Source: Octopus sinensis | Taxonomy: Eukaryota | Direction: 5' to 3' | Assembly (NCBI RefSeq): GCF_006345805.1 | Contig: NC_043006.1 | Location: forward strand, 5,518,001-5,582,000 | DNA: 64,000 nt | Part shown: piece after piece, positions 11,801 through 24,279 of the stretch | How positions within the stretch are numbered: position 1 is the stretch's first letter | How the letters are laid out: every line of letters begins with the position of its first letter | Notes under the pieces: model-generated | Seen by the model: the letters and a program-made list of their open reading frames with translations, nothing else | What the model was told of the DNA's origin: nothing | The model's database searches: none | Made by a program: the position numbers and the translations under genes

Positions 11801-11966
11801 CTGCAAAATCATCACAAAAATATCACAAGAAACTGCTGCTCAGAGTTTCACGTTCCCCTTCGTCGGACAGTTGTGATTAAGAATTCTTAAACACTACTGT
11901 CCGACTAACGGGAACGTGAAACTCAGAGTAGCAATTTTTGTAATATTTTTTTATGTTTTCGCAGCT
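11800..11966. repeat. Inverted repeat between TA tracts
   Basis: gagtttcacgttccc..gtcggacagt versus actgtccgac..gggaacgtgaaactc. Confidence 0.75.
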
Positions 11967-12210
11967 ATAATAATAAAGTATATATATATATATTCTAGTC
12001 TTCCAATCTGTATCACTATCTTTCTCGCTTTTCTTTCACGTTTACACACTTTTTTACTTACACAAGCACACTCTTTTTCGCTTCTGTCTCTCTTGTTCTC
12101 GAGTCAACTAACAAAGTATGACCTAAAAATGAAAAAACTACTGTTTGTGAAATGATTTCGTATATCTTCCCTGCTTTTCTCCTTCCACACATACTTCATA
12201 CACTGTGTCT

Positions 12211-12613
12211 CTTGCTAACCAACCACATGGTTCCGGGTTCAGTCCAGCTGCGTGGCATCTTGGGCAAGTGTCTTCTGCTATAGCCCCGGGCCGACCAATG
12301 CCTTGTGAGTGGATTCGGTAGACGGAAACTGAAAGAAGCCCGTCGTATATATGTATATATATCTGTATATATATATATATATAAGTGTGTGTGTATATGT
12401 TTGTGTGTCTGTATTTGTCCCCCTAGCATTGCTTGACAACCGATGCTGGTGTGTTTACGTCCCCGTCACTTTGCGGTTCGGCAAAAGAGACCGTTAGAAT
12501 AAGTACTGGGCTTACAAAGAATAAGTCCCGGGGTCGATTTGTTCGACTAAAGGCGGTGCTCCAGCATGGCCGCAGTCAAATGACTGAAACAAGTAAAAGA
12601 GTAAAAGAGAGAG
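12211..12613 (+). mobile_element. SINE family A, 5'-truncated
   Basis: Identity to SINE A body and tail. Confidence 0.88.
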
Positions 12614-14534
12614 TATATGATTAAGAAACCCTCAGTTGCCTATTTCTGATCAGATTCAAAGAAATCGGAGAAGCTATATACGAGTACTGACAACTTTATT
12701 GCTAAATATGAATGTTAAGGACTCCATTGTCGAGAAGCTACTCAAGGAAAACATTCAGTATATCTCTGTCTGTCTATATTTCTCTATTTCTGTCTATCAG
12801 CCCTTTCACGATTATTCGTTCATTCCCCTCTTCGTTCTTTCGTTCCCCTTCTCTCACATTTCTTTGCCTTCTCTTCGCCCCTCTTTAATTCTTCCGTCCC
12901 TCTGCTTCTACTTCTCTCTCTTCTCTTCCCACGTGACCGGCTTTCGGCCAAACCTGTTCTTTCTTTCTTGGTCTGGCCGTTGTCCGTGCAACATCGGTAT
13001 TCCTCCGTGTGTTTGTGAAATCTTGTATCCCTGCCGTAAGGATTCATTTCCACACACGCCAGCTCAATTTAATTTGTCCTTAGTCGAAAGACACCTGTTA
13101 TTATTTTTATTGTATTTGTGTAACGTTGTCCGATATTTTTCGTCCTTGTTTTTGTATACATTCGCTGCCTTCTTCCAAGGAATCTAATGCTCTTAGCTTA
13201 GTTTTTCCTTGGTGCTGGCCAGATTGGAGCAATCTCAAGTATAATCAGCTGAAATTGCGAAGATAATCTGGTACTTGACTGAGGAAAGAAAACTTCGAAT
13301 GACCCGTCCTTGTTTTCTTTGTATCGTCTATCTGGATGTTTTGCTGTCCCATTTTTTGTATCACCTAACTGTCCGGATGTTTTGCGCTCTTGTCCCATTT
13401 TGTATTTTTTTTATTATATTTATATATATTTTATCTTTTACATATGTTCCCCTATTGACCAGAAGCTTTATCTTCCACCTCCCTCTCTTCTAACAAATTC
13501 ACCTTACTACCACTCCTAAATTTTCTCTTTCTCTTCTCATCCTGACCATTTTATCTATAAAATTCTTTCCTTTTATTTTCTTTGATTCTGTTTAAATGAA
13601 TATACATGGGTGCGAAAATATTTTTATTTATTTATTTACATTTGAAAAAGTAAATGACCCCAGGCTTATATTCACGAAGACCTTCCTCTAGTCAGCTGCA
13701 ATCTGAGCAAAATTCCCGTCTCTTCCCCATTATATACATCAGCGGTTTTCAAGCATTTTCTTTATCTATTGGACACCTTTGATTCTTATTTTACTCAGGT
13801 GAACCTTCCTGGCTCTTCGGTATTTTTAAAAAATTACTTCCGAGCTTCTGCTAGCCAGGAAACATATATAGCTTGGATTTTATCTGTCCCATTCCCTCAA
13901 TTTGGATATGTGTGTGTGTGTGTATACGCACGTACGTACGTACATACATATAGACATACATACATGCATACATACACACACACACATACATACATATATA
14001 ATATGCAGATAGGGTTATAATCCAAGTTGTGACCTTTTGAAGCACATCTATTTATCCCAAAGTCGTATGTAGATGTTATATATGCATGCCGATGTGAAAT
14101 ATACATGAGTTGAAAGTTCTGGAAAATATGAATATTTTCTGCACAGCAATTACATATCAAAGCAGGTGATTGAAAATTGTTTTGGTATTATTTACTTACC
14201 ATTACACGTATTTCAATTGCTAAGAAGGATTACAAAATAGTATATGTAGGAGAAAAATATCCTATACGAAATTCTTTAGACAGGGATTCAAATGATATTA
14301 TTTCATTGTTTCTCTGAAGAATTTCTAATAGAGGTCCTACGTTTCTCCTACATGTACGGATTTGTGACTCCTATGATTAGATAATATTATTTGATACCCG
14401 GGCAGAAGGATTTTTAATACAAGATGTCTTACGTGTTTCCCTTATATGTACCATTTTGTAATTTCTATTAGCAAATGAAACACGTCTAATGATGAATAAA
14501 TGATACCAAAATTTTTTTCCAGTTATATATATAT

Positions 14535-14785
14535 ATATGAAAGAAGGTTTGAAAATGCAATTTTAAAAGATGTTTATTTACTTTACCGGTTTCACTCTTT
14601 AGAAAAAAGTTTGGTTGTGTTAATTATTGGTTGTCACAAAATGCTACAATACATTTTATGACAACCAATAATTAACACAACCAAACTTTTACATGTTACT
14701 TTTGACAATCTTTTTTTCTAAAGAGTGAAACCAGTAAAGTAAATAAACATCTTTTAAAATTACATTTTCAAACCTTCTTTCATAT
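14535..14785. repeat. Near-perfect palindrome with a one-sided bulge, flanked by TA tracts
   Basis: atatgaaagaaggtttgaaaatg.aattttaaaagatg matches the reverse complement at 14748-14785; inner arms also pair. Confidence 0.85.
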
Positions 14786-14826
14786 AATATTCCGCTCTTG
14801 CGGTACCTTACAACTCCACTTTGTTT

Positions 14827-14883
<57 letters not shown>

Positions 14884-15155
14884 TATATACATACATACAT
14901 ACATAATACATACGTACACACACACATACACACACATATATAAAAATATATGCACGTGTATGTGCATATATGTAAATCCTTATACGTATTTATACATACA
15001 TATTATACGTTTGCGTGTGAATGATTATGAAATTTGTAGGATACACTGTATGGTTAAATATAATTTTTGACCTCATGAAACGTTGCACGCGATATTTCAA
15101 ATAATTTCTTCAAATACCTAAATTACAATAAATTTGATATGATTTCTCGACTTAC

Positions 15156-15309
15156 CCTCGTTCCCGAACTTCTCCGACATCTCTGTTCAGGGGAATTATA
15201 TCACTTACGTATTGATTAAATTGGTTTCGCTGCAAGCCGAGATAAAATTTTTCTTTCTCAGAAGCTGTCAGTTCTTCAACATTGATGCTGACTCCGGCCC
15301 CGCCTTTTC
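15156..15309 (-). CDS. GALNT: GALNT coding exon 2 (GKGG...FNQYVSDIIPLNRDVGEVR)
   Basis: Matches the family FN..SD.I.L.R...D.R motif; acceptor tttag, donor GG|GTAAGT; phases 1/2 consistent. Confidence 0.93.
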
Positions 15310-15440
15310 CTAAATAGAACAAATAAGTCGAATTATGCGTGTTATTAAAAATAAGAAACATAAATTGAAACAATTGGGAATCGCAAAGATTCTTCTGACA
15401 GTACTAGTCTATTAACATAAATGCAATCCAGTTACTTATA

Positions 15441-16140
15441 TTGGGTTATCCGGAAAGTTCGTGCCGATTTACAGTAGCTTACCATTCGACTTATTTTAGA
15501 ACATGTTTGAGTCCATAAGATAGGATTTGACTATACCTCCATTTAGAGCACAGTTTAATCTATCTTTTCGTGGAAGAAAGTTCATGTTCCTATAACCTGT
15601 GTAAATTCTGTAACCCTTTAAAATGGAAGATAAGAAAGTTCATTTTCGGCACTTGATGCTTTTCTTATTCCGTAAAGGAAAAAATGCTTCACAAGCAACC
15701 AAAGAAATATGCGCAGTTTATAGTGATGTTTCTTTATCCGAAAGAACTGTACGGAAGTGATTCGCAAGGTTCCGAGCTGGAGATCGTAGCCTTATTAATA
15801 AAGAGTAATCAGGCAGACCATCCACAACATATGATGACCAAATCAACTCACTAATTGAGAATAACCCACATTGCACAACCTGAGAATTGGCAGAAAGCCT
15901 CAACCTATCAAAATCCGTCGTTCATGAGCACCTGGTAAAGCTTGGGTGCACAAATCGCTACGATGTTTGGGTACCAAATGAGTTGAGTGAGAAGAACCTT
16001 TTGGATCGCATTTCTGTCTGTGATTCGCTTTACAAACGGAATGAAAACGTGCCTTTTTTAAAGCAAATTGAGACAGGTGATGATAAATGGCATATCTACC
16101 AAAATGTTCTGAGAAAGCGATCCTGGAGTAAGGATGCAGA
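15441..16140 (+). mobile_element. Mariner element, 5' half with degenerate transposase
   Basis: TA + ttgggttatccggaaagttcg TIR-like start; ATG 15623 MEDKKVHFRHLMLF...; WVPNEL motif; TGDDKW first catalytic D; several stops. Confidence 0.9.
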
Positions 16141-16665
16141 AAGGCATCAACCTGCTGGAAATAAGAGTTAAAGTCGTTATTAAACCACCGTAAAGCACCA
16201 AAATAACAAAGAAATAACAGTAGACGAGGAAACGGAAAGAATTAATACATTCAAAAGCATAACTATGAAAGATTATGCCATTTAGGACAACTCCATACCC
16301 TAGTTTCGGCTTTTGGAAATTTAATCCTTGAGCCTCAACAGTGCAGACCACCTAGTAAAAATTCAAGACCGCCATGTTATATTCCGTTAGTGTACTGGTT
16401 TTGTTCTGCGCCAAAAACACAGCACATGGTGCAGAAATATTTATAAACAAAACATTCAAACACTAAGTTTTCAAATAAGATGTCACTACTGTTATTTTCG
16501 TCTGTGGAAAAAACTTTAACTTGATGGTACCATCAGTAGTAACATAGGTGGTTCGCAGGCAAGAAGTATCATTTAGCTATAAATTATAATTTAACTCTTA
16601 TTTCCAGCAGGTTGATACTTTTCTGCATCCTTACCCTCCATGCAGATTTATAATTTATAGCAAAA

Positions 16666-17060
16666 CTAGCAGAGAAACCCGGCGTTGCCCGGTTACATTC
16701 AATTGAAGAATTAGACTTTTCTGTTATATATTTTCTGTAATGAACTGGAATATCTATGTTTCGAATTTCATCAAAATTGCAGATGAGGGTTATTTCCCTC
16801 TTTACACACCCTTAAAAATTTGTAATAGTGCCACATGTATCCCATACTACTGATTTTTATGCGCATATTCCAAAATTCAATTTTTATTGAACCTGTTAAA
16901 AAGATTTTGTTCCTGAAAAATGAAGGTCATGGAGCTCTAAAATGTGAGAGTTAAGGCCCCTGTTGGGGGGTGGGCATCTTAATGTCAACCAGAGAAGTTG
17001 AATTGTTGAAAATCTTTTTAACTTGCGTCTTATATCTACTGTTTGAACTTCTTTGAAATA
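16666..17060 (-). mobile_element. Probable non-autonomous Helitron (3' end clear, 5' extent uncertain)
   Basis: Minus strand ccgggcaacgccggg hairpin followed by CTAG|T. Confidence 0.5.
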
Positions 17061-17196
17061 AGAAATATCTGTTCACTGGGTTTGTAAAAGAAAGCAAAGC
17101 TACAGGAAACCAAAAGACGAATGATCACAATAAGCAGTCAGTTACCCTACCCTAGTCGTTACTTGAAGTAAACTATGTTATATATATATTTGTGCG

Positions 17197-17229
<33 letters not shown>

Positions 17230-17282
17230 ATACATATATGTATATATGTATATGTATACACACACACACATACACAAACACA

Positions 17283-17316
<34 letters not shown>

Positions 17317-17544
17317 GATAAATTGATAGATACAACTGAGTGGGCAAACAAAAATATGAGACATTTCGTAATGCTTTTTTATATTTTGATAAGCCTGGTA
17401 CTTATTCTATCAGTTTCTTCTTGTGAAACCAGTAAGTTATGGGGATGTAAATAAAGGAACACCAGTTGTGAAGCAGGGATGATGGAGAAACACGAAAACA
17501 CACACATAGACTTACATACATTCATACATATACATACAATTGAT

Positions 17545-17697
17545 TTCTTTCAGTTTCTGTCTACGAAATCCAGTGACCAGGCTTTGGTTGGTCTCATGCT
17601 ATAGCAGAAGACACATGCCGAGTTACCACACAGTGGGACTGAACTGAGGACCATGTGTTTTGTAACCAAGTTTGTTACCACACAGCCACACCTGCAC
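17545..17697 (-). mobile_element. Diverged SINE A head fragment
   Basis: Similarity to the SINE A 5' half. Confidence 0.75.
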
Positions 17698-17788
17698 TTA
17701 TGTATGTGTGTGTGTGCGCGGGTGTGTGTTTGTGTATATGTGCATGGGTGTATATATGTATGCATATATATATGTGTATATATATATA

Positions 17789-18170
17789 TCTCTCTATATA
17801 AACGGCAGTTTGTCTGTGTGTGTTTCTGTGTGTCTGTTTGGTTGTACCCTCACCCTGACCACTGCTTTCAACCGATTCTGATGAAACTTGACACACACAT
17901 AGCCCAATGTCATAATTCAAAACTAACGCAGCGAAAATTTTGAAAAGTTCCCCCAGTTCTGAAAAAAATCGATAAATTCGACATGGGGTCGAGAATCAGA
18001 AACACAACCACAGACTGTCTAGGGGACGCAACTCGACCTTTTTTTACTCTCAAAAAAAATTTACCATCATTTTTTTTCCATTTTTTTGCTACTTTTTGGC
18101 TATAACTCTCTAAAAATGCTTTATAGTTATTTCCCTTACAAACCTGAGCAACGCCGGGCGATACTGCTAG
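17789..18170 (+). mobile_element. Non-autonomous Helitron
   Basis: A|TC start, subterminal cc.gagcaacgccggg hairpin, CTAG|T end, no TSD. Confidence 0.8.
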
Positions 18171-18191
18171 TGTGTACATATTACTTGTACA

Positions 18192-18235
<44 letters not shown>

Positions 18236-19312
18236 CATCTAGACATATATGTATATCTATAGAAATACATCTATACATATACATGTATACATATAGAGCT
18301 ATATATGTATATACATCTATCTATATATATATATACCCATATACATACAATAGGGAGATGTTTTTGTTTCACTTTTAACACGTAAGACTGAAATAGTGGA
18401 GAAGATACGATATTGCTGTGGGCCCGCCCTAGGCTAGACGTTGAACATTTTTTTTGCCCATGAAACTACATGGACCCTAAGAAAGGCATGTGTAAAATTT
18501 GAATGAAATTGGTTGTGTAGTTCTCAAGATTTAGGGAAACACACAGACAGACAGAGAGACAGACACACATTCTCAGTTTTGTACATATATATCTTACCAC
18601 ACAGCCACGCCTGCGCCTATATGTAGGGAGCTTGTCTCCCTTGTCAGCTCATTAAGATAGTGCTTTTGTGGCTATTGGTTTGCTGCTAAAATTAAAATTA
18701 AAAAGTACCTTTTGGTACTTTTTCATATTTTTTAAAAATTCAATTAATTTCACTTTTCCTTTTTTATTTTAATTTAATTTTTGTACTAAATGAATTAATT
18801 TTTAAAAAAATTTTATTTTTATTTTAGCAGCAATATTCTAAGCACTAATTTTAATGTGTTTTTTCTTGTCCTCTAACTTTCCAGGTTTAATTGTTAAGAA
18901 TATAGTTAGCATTCGTCCGCATTTTTCATTGGTAAGTCCAGTGTTTTACAGCCATTGCAGTAATAGTAATTTTTTTATTAAGAATCTATAACATTACCAT
19001 TTTTTGCAGTCATTTTGAATTTTAAAATTTCCGAAGAAAATTCAAGCAAAACTTTGATTTTTCTCATTTGACTAATTCTCATTTAGAAATTAAATTAAAA
19101 ATAAACGATTATCATTGCAACTTTGCCTTTTCTGGACATATCGTACGTACTGTAATTTTGGTACTGTACAGAGACAACGTTACAAATGAATATATTTAAA
19201 GAATTTTTAAAATAATGAAAAGCAAATGAGGATAGAGATTTAATAAAATGACTTTATTTTAATTAAATTAAATTAATATTGAATAGAATATAATTACAAG
19301 TAGCATTTGCCT

Positions 19313-19572
19313 GTGTCATCTCTTGTGAAAGGTAGGAGAGTCCAGTTTGCTGGACATTGTTGTAGAGCTGAAAAAGAAGTAATTTCTACTCTTCTCCTCT
19401 GGAAGCCATCTATTCGCAATACCAGACGGCGCACATTCTCCTACCCTGATGTAATCTCCAGGGATACAGGCATCCAGCAACAGGACCTCCGTAATGCTAT
19501 GATGGACCGTGAAGTCTGGCGTAACATAGTAAATTCCATTGTCTCGACCACGGTCGAACAATGATGATGATG
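19313..19572 (+). mobile_element. RTE-group LINE 3' fragment
   Basis: RRVQFAGHC.R...AMMDREVWR motif; (TGA)n tail; 11-bp TSD agcatttgcct at 19302-19312 and 19573-19583. Confidence 0.85.
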
Positions 19573-20154
19573 AGCATTTGCCTTTTCTGAACAGCCTTGC
19601 TACAGACTTCAGTATTGCTCATAGAGACAAAGTCACAAATAATTACATTCTATTTACAATAAAATTAATAAATAAATTATAAATAAAGTCATTTTTAGCA
19701 TGAAAATCATTAACTCCATATTTGAAAATTTTAAAATAGTGAAAATTGTTAAAATCTTTGAATTTTTGTCCTTTGCTTTTTTCTGAACAGCCCTATACAT
19801 GTTTCAGTACTGCTCATAGAAACAAAATGAAAAAAATAAAATATTTTATTAAATAATCTTGCTATTAAAATAATTTATTCAAAAATGGACTTTAAAAGGC
19901 CATACTACAAAAAACTGAGCAAAAAATATCATTTTTTATTTTTAAAATTTCATTTTTTATTAAAAAAATAATTTAGACCATCGTCCCTATATTACCCTAT
20001 GCTGACTTCTGTTTCATTGTTAAGCGTAAGTAAAATGTAAAGTCTAACTTGATTTGCTATCTCTGCTTCATCATTCCCATAGCAACATCCTTTTCACCCA
20101 ATCGGTATTATCATGGCTTCTTTGAGTTCATTATAATGGCTATATCGGTGTTAG

Positions 20155-20277
20155 TGGAGGCGCAATGGCCCAGTGGTTAGGGCAGCGGGCTCGTGGTCAT
20201 AGGATCGCGGTTTCGATTCCCAGACCGGGCATTGTGAGTGTTTATTGAGCGAAAACACCTAAAGCTCCACGAGGCAC
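20155..20277 (+). mobile_element. SINE family B head (tRNA-Arg-like, octopus OR-type)
   Basis: ggaggcgcaatggcccagtggttagggcagcg...gtttcgattccc; similar head at 20975-21090. Confidence 0.8.
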
Positions 20278-21345
20278 CTTGATTAAGGTGTAAGTCAAAG
20301 GGTTCGTTTTCTTTATATGTTTTAGTTATACTATTGATTTTCAGTTTATTATGTGTGCGGTTATCCACCTCATAAACTCCGTATTTTGTTTAATCTGTTT
20401 TATAAATGTGTTTGGAGAGTTCTTAAAATGTTCAAGAAATTCTTGGTAGTGATATAGAAAGCTATCATATCTACGACTGAAAAAATCCATAATTGTTATT
20501 TCAATGAAAGTTAGATAACAATTACGATATTGTCATAAGTAACCCAACCTGTGTACTTATTTTGAAATACCGTATAGTCTGGCATAACCTTGTGTATTCT
20601 CATCCCAAGAGGTTCGCTTTCACATGAAACCATTGGTTGCCTTTATAACTCACAAATAAAAAAATTAATATCCATCAATGTGGTTTTGAGCACTCTTCCT
20701 CACTCTTCATTACTATTGTATGTATGTATGTATACATATGTATGTGTGTGGGGGGGGTCTGTGTGTAGACAAAATCAAGTGGCCAAGGTATTTGGCAACT
20801 AAATCAACCAACCAGACCTCCAGATAAAAAAAAACAAGTAACCAAAACAGTTGATAAGTAAAGAACGTCTCCAGGTAGATTACCAACTACTTCTGCCAAA
20901 CAAAAGTATGTAAAGAGAATGTGTGATATGCAAGAGATGCACTCAGGAAGTCAGTCAATCAGAACACTAGCCCAGTGGAGGCACTGGCCTGGTGGTTAGA
21001 GCAGCAGACTCGCGGTTGAGGGATCGCGAATTCGAATCTTAGACCGGGCGATGTGTGTGTTTATGAGAGAAACAACCTAAGCTCCACACAGAAAATCAAT
21101 TGCATTGGTGTAATTATATTTTGACGCCCATGCTTTTCATATGATCCCTTCTGAAATAAGAATATTTGAATAAAGTGGATAACTGGGATGCGAACTCTCG
21201 GCTCATTTTACAACCAGTGATAGCTTCTATAAGTTTTCTTATAAGCACAGCATTAGTGAACATTACGAAAAAGTATAAATATTGATTTAATTACATGAAA
21301 ACTATTTGTCTAAAAGCATCAGCTGAATGAATAAAGATTTTCTAC

Positions 21346-21823
21346 CTGGGTAATTTTCTTCCGCAACATCTTGTAATAAATCCATATCATACTTCTGTAT
21401 TTCACCTTTGTGGATCAAAATGTCTTCTTTTTTCTTAATGTGATTATTATTGATTTGCCGAGGGTTTGGAGCAATAATTCGTCCTTTATTATCAGGGAAT
21501 ATTTTACTTTCGCTTTTCTCGTCATCAATTATGAGAAAATTATTTCTCTCTTTTCTCTGACCTTGCGAATAGTTTTTGTATTCGTTATAATGCTTTCCGT
21601 CAAAGTCTATTTTCTCCAATTTTCTCAACTTTTCACTCAGTTTTTCTAAACGTTCACTTTCATTTCTGGTCAAACCCATGGGAATTTCTTTGTATTGGTA
21701 ATTAGTCATTGGTAATAGTTTACGAAAGAAAATTATGTTTGAAATTAACCACAACAAGAAGACAATGAAAATTACACGGTATGTAAAGATAATTCGAAAT
21801 ACTGCTCTGTATTTCAAAGTCAT
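21346..21823 (-). CDS. GALNT: Polypeptide N-acetylgalactosaminyltransferase, first coding exon (cytoplasmic tail, type II TM anchor, stem)
   Basis: ATG at 21823 with an in-frame TAA 7-9 nt upstream; hydrophobic TM VIFIVFLLWLISNIIFF; donor G|GTAGAA in phase 1 matches the next exon; strong acceptor ttttctttcttctttcag at 21961. Confidence 0.85.
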
Positions 21824-22324
21824 ATTGAGTTATTAAAAGTTATTTCGGAACTGGGCAGGACGCGATGGTATTTCAAAGGAGCATCTCTTAAAACACTTTT
21901 GTTGGGTAAAACGAAGTGAAAACTTCTGGGGTAGATTTTAGTTTATAGAAATTGTGGGATCTGAAAGAAGAAAGAAAACGAAATAATTGAATATTAAATA
22001 AAATACATATTCCGATTTGTACGTTTGGTGTCTGTGATGAGCTTTATACATTCACTTTTAGTCGGATTTTACTCAGGGTAAGTAATAAATATCCTTATTA
22101 TACAAAAGACACAAAGATATTATCAGTAACATAAAACATAATTTTCTGGGATTAAAATAAAATGCATTTTATAGGGCAGATAAAGCAAGATATACAGCTT
22201 TTAAAATCAAAAGAAAGAAAATGTTCTTGGAAATATAAGTTTCAATTATTTCACTCCCTTGTTTATGAATAAAAGAAGGAAGCCAAATATGTCAGCAAAT
22301 AGGGTGCTAGGATGCTACACATAA

Positions 22325-22722
22325 TCTTAATATATAAAAGTGAGGAGGTTGTGTGCTGTCTGTCTCCTACGATTTACATTCCTAACTACTCCCACATTTT
22401 GCGGTGCAGTGTAACCAAAAGCGGGTATCTTATAGTCGTGATTCATATCGAGCCCTTCTGGGTATTAGCGCGCGTCTACGATGAGTCTACGATTTTAAAA
22501 AAATTTACCATCAATTTTCCCCATTTTTAATGCATTTTTGGCATATATAAGGGCAGTAACTCTCTAAAAATTTATTATTAAATCTCAGAACGTAAAAAGC
22601 TACAGTAACATCCCCCCTTTGTGGTTAGCCATATTGAGATGGCTATTATACTTTACATCTCTAAAAATGCTTATATAGTTATTTCCCTTACAAACCCGAG
22701 CAACGCCGGGCGATACTGCTAG
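22325..22722 (+). mobile_element. Non-autonomous Helitron
   Basis: A|TC ... cccgagcaacgccgggcgatactgCTAG|T; near-identical to 38003 and 55122 copies. Confidence 0.85.
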
Positions 22723-23140
22723 TTTTCTCATACAAGCCTGGTTGATCATCTCAACAGGCAAATTAATAGATTGGAGAACTATGTTTTCCAGTGTAACATA
22801 CCAAAATATCTGCAACAGACACTGTTTCACTTCCAGAACCTAAATCCATATCTCTCTATGGTCACAGTATGTACAAGATATCCACCTTGTATGACGCACA
22901 GAAGGACATTCTAATTATAAAAAAGTAACTGCATTTCTTTTCAAATCATGACTTGTAAAACAGAGACTAAATATGGTATTAGATATTAGCGTTATGTCAT
23001 TCTAAATGCGACACGCTCTCACTTGCTAATTAACTCTACGTGCACACGAAGAAAGACACACACACACACACACACACACAACACACACACATGTGCACAT
23101 AAGCATAGTGTATACATTTGTATATATATATTCTTCATAT

Positions 23141-23434
23141 GGAGGCGCAATGGCCAAGTGGTTAGGGCAGCGGACTCGCAGTCGTAGGATCGCGGTTTCG
23201 ATTCCCAGACCGGGCGTTGTGTGTGTTTATTGCGCGAAAACACCTAAAAGCTCCACGAGGCTCCGGCAGGGTGGGTGATCCCTGCTGTACTCTTTCACCA
23301 CTCTTTCTCTCACTCTTTCTTCTGTTGGCCTGGTCGCTTAGCCAGCGGGGTGGCGTCATTTGAAGGCTAAAACAATGCGAAGACATTGTGACCAGCGATG
23401 TGTAACTACATCTGATGGACTGGTCGGTCACGTG
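23141..23434 (+). mobile_element. SINE family B, tail type 1
   Basis: 13-bp TSD atattcttcatat at 23128-23140 and 23435-23447. Confidence 0.9.
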
Positions 23435-23819
23435 ATATTCTTCATATTCATGTGTTTGCGTGTCTGTATTTATACTTTTATGTATGTATATGTGTATACG
23501 TGTGTGTGTGTGTGTGTACGTGTATACGTGTGTGTGTGTGTGTGTATACGTGTATACGTGTGTGTGTGTGTGTATATGTGTATACGTGTGTGTGTGTGTG
23601 TGTATGTGTACAGAAAGCTAATATATAAGAATATGCAACATGCTAGCACGCACAGACTAACACACAAACACGCACACTCTGACATGCATACACGTGCTGT
23701 ACTGGTTTAGGAATTGAACCCGCGTTCATTATGCTACGATAATCATTATAAACACTTGGTCGCTCGCCTTCGCAATTCTACTCCACCAAATTTTAAATTT
23801 CCGCACACTCACACTGGTG

Positions 23820-24115
23820 TACACGCACAGACACACACACACGCACGCACGCACACAAACATACACAAGCACACGCACACGCACGCACACAAACACACGC
23901 ACGCACACAAGCACGCACGCACACACGCACACACGCACACGCACGCACACACGCACACACGCACACGCACACAGACACGCACATACAGACATGCACACAG
24001 ACACGCACACACACAAACACACGCACGCACACACGCACACACGCACACACGCACACGCACACAGACACGCACACACAGACATGCACACACGCACGCACAC
24101 ACGCACACGCACTAT
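23820..24115. repeat. Compound (CA)/(CG) microsatellite
   Basis: Alternating purine-pyrimidine tract cacacgca. Confidence 0.9.
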
Positions 24116-24279
24116 CACGCATGTACAGACATGTACATAGCGAATTCTCCCTCCCTCACTTCACATCTATCTCCACAAACGTCCGTTCGATGACACGTGA
24201 TTCATTCTATCATCCAATCAATAGTCTCTTCGCTCTCTAAGCACACTCATAGTTCCATTAATTAACTTGCGTAAGTTCT

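Noticed and set aside
11830-11870. Functional hammerhead ribozyme
   Set aside because: Core is CCGACGA rather than CUGANGA and stem II cannot pair
12636-13560. 183-aa ORF and possible Penelope endonuclease remnant
   Set aside because: Driven by CT-rich low complexity; no convincing GIY-YIG motif could be read
16058-16351. Hydrophobic 97-aa minus ORF
   Set aside because: Overlaps the antisense of a mariner; no splice or motif support
20590-21649. Short plus-strand ORFs near GALNT exon 1
   Set aside because: Antisense shadow of the coding exon, or chance ORFs without splice support
22802-22920. Minus exon candidate with a G|GTATGT donor
   Set aside because: All frames from the best acceptor contain stops; at most a UTR exon
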